DNA of 64,000 nt from Tubulanus polymorphus. Lineage: Eukaryota; Animalia; Nemertea. A program made the position numbers and the translations under genes. A model generated the notes under the pieces. That model did not search any database. It was not told where the DNA came from and saw only the letters and a list, made by a program, of their open reading frames with translations. Every line of letters starts with the position of its first letter. The first letter of the stretch is position 1. The stretch is from NCBI RefSeq assembly GCF_964204645.1, contig NC_134026.1, positions 16,402,150 through 16,466,149 of the forward strand, in the 5' to 3' direction. Shown one piece after another: positions 62,749-64,000 of the stretch.

Positions 62749-64000
62749 TAAGTGGAACGACTAACTCGGATTTCCTCCAACGTAATCGAAGCTAAAGATT
62801 TTCATGCCAAGACGGTGATAACTTTTATTTCTTATTCGTTTACATTTCAACAATCAAGATGAAGAAGAACTTAAGGTATTGAAAAGGCAATATCCGGAAC
62901 CGAAGATGTTAAATACATATATGAAGCGTGGGATGTATCGTATGTTAAAACAATATTCTGTTCTTGAAGACCGACAAAAACGCATGAGATATCTTGCATC
63001 GCTAATTAACAATACAACAACCACTGACGTAACCGGCGAAGAGGTAACTGGGTATATTGTGTTTAAATTGGTTATCCGGTATGTGCTATAATTTTGTTCA
63101 ATATATATGTCGTATGTTGAATTCCCCATCTTACATATTTCCACAGCCAACTAAACTTGACAAGAGAATGCAAGCACAGGAAATGAGCAGTAAATTACAA
63201 AATGAGCCTGAAAAATCAGGTGATCCTTCGGAGCTTATATCTGACCTTGGAGAAATCCTCGCTGCCGCACCAGGTAATGATCAAATTGAGAAACATGATA
63301 AAATCCTGATCGTTGATATATGTTCACGGATCTGTGGATCCGTTCTAAGATATGCCCTTCTAGCATATTTGAAATATGAAATTAATTGAAGGACAGGCTA
63401 TTTATAATTTGTGAAGCTGCCGCGTCAAGCCCAATGGGGCTCTTGTTTAACTTCATCATGAAATTACCGCCACCTCAATTTAATTCAGTCGACGTGAACT
63501 TCGACGGTCATGTTCATACGGCTCTTTTATTAATTCGTTTAGATTATTTTTAATTTTTATTATAACATATATGTGCCTATGCTGATTATTTGGACCAAAA
63601 GAATCTTATTGGTACCGGTACTGGACGGCCGTAAAATTATAATAATTTCAAAGGAATTTGAACCGGTACTTGTTTGGTCGTAGGATTTCATGTTTGCAAC
63701 CATCTACAACTACGGTCCGACACCGCGAACGTGCTCAATATTTATCTGATAATATTCGTTTCTGAAGTTTTCAAAAAGTCGATGAACTTCGATAACCGAA
63801 GTTTGCCTAGTAGAAATAGACATTAGGTACCTGGTCTCTTTCACCCCACTTGATTCTGACTTCTTCTACAGGTGGCAGCCAGGGCCACCTTCGGTTATCT
63901 GAGTTAGTCGAGTATAGTCGAACTAAACGAAACCGAATGTCCGATAGTCGGAACTATATTCCGGGAAATAGTTCGAAAATCAAGCGCATTCGGTTATTAG

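Noticed and set aside
62879-63389. Two adjacent + strand ORFs that look protein-like
   Set aside because: No recognisable motif; cannot be assigned without a search

Overview
AT-rich eukaryotic (probably marine invertebrate) genomic DNA made almost entirely of nested mobile elements; no intact host gene was recognised. It holds two related Polinton/Maverick (adintovirus-like) insertions. Copy A is at 1-6557 on the minus strand and is cut by the window edge. Copy B is at 27275-42324 with both termini (15,050 bp, 6-bp TSD GATACA) and carries degenerate pPolB, penton-like, ATPase, integrase-chromo and HNH genes, but no recognisable major capsid or adenain gene. An 839-bp non-coding element (61910-62748, 6-bp TSD TAAGTG) shares their terminal signature. 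Also present: a near-intact L2/Crack-like LINE inside an intron of a spliced Tc1/IS630-like transposase pseudogene, an 8.8-kb Harbinger, a Mutator-like MITE > RTEX-like LINE > Mutator-like MITE nest, and several MITEs and satellites. The main candidates for new biology are: (i) each Polinton end is itself a fold-back AGTAAT...ATTACT module, these modules differ between otherwise similar copies, and a free mini-element uses the same ends; (ii) 11 of 13 Polinton gene starts are TAAATG preceded by T- or A-tracts, like poxvirus late/intermediate promoters, which suggests a satellite of a poxvirus-like/NCLDV helper. All alignments and counts were done by eye; no database searches were run.
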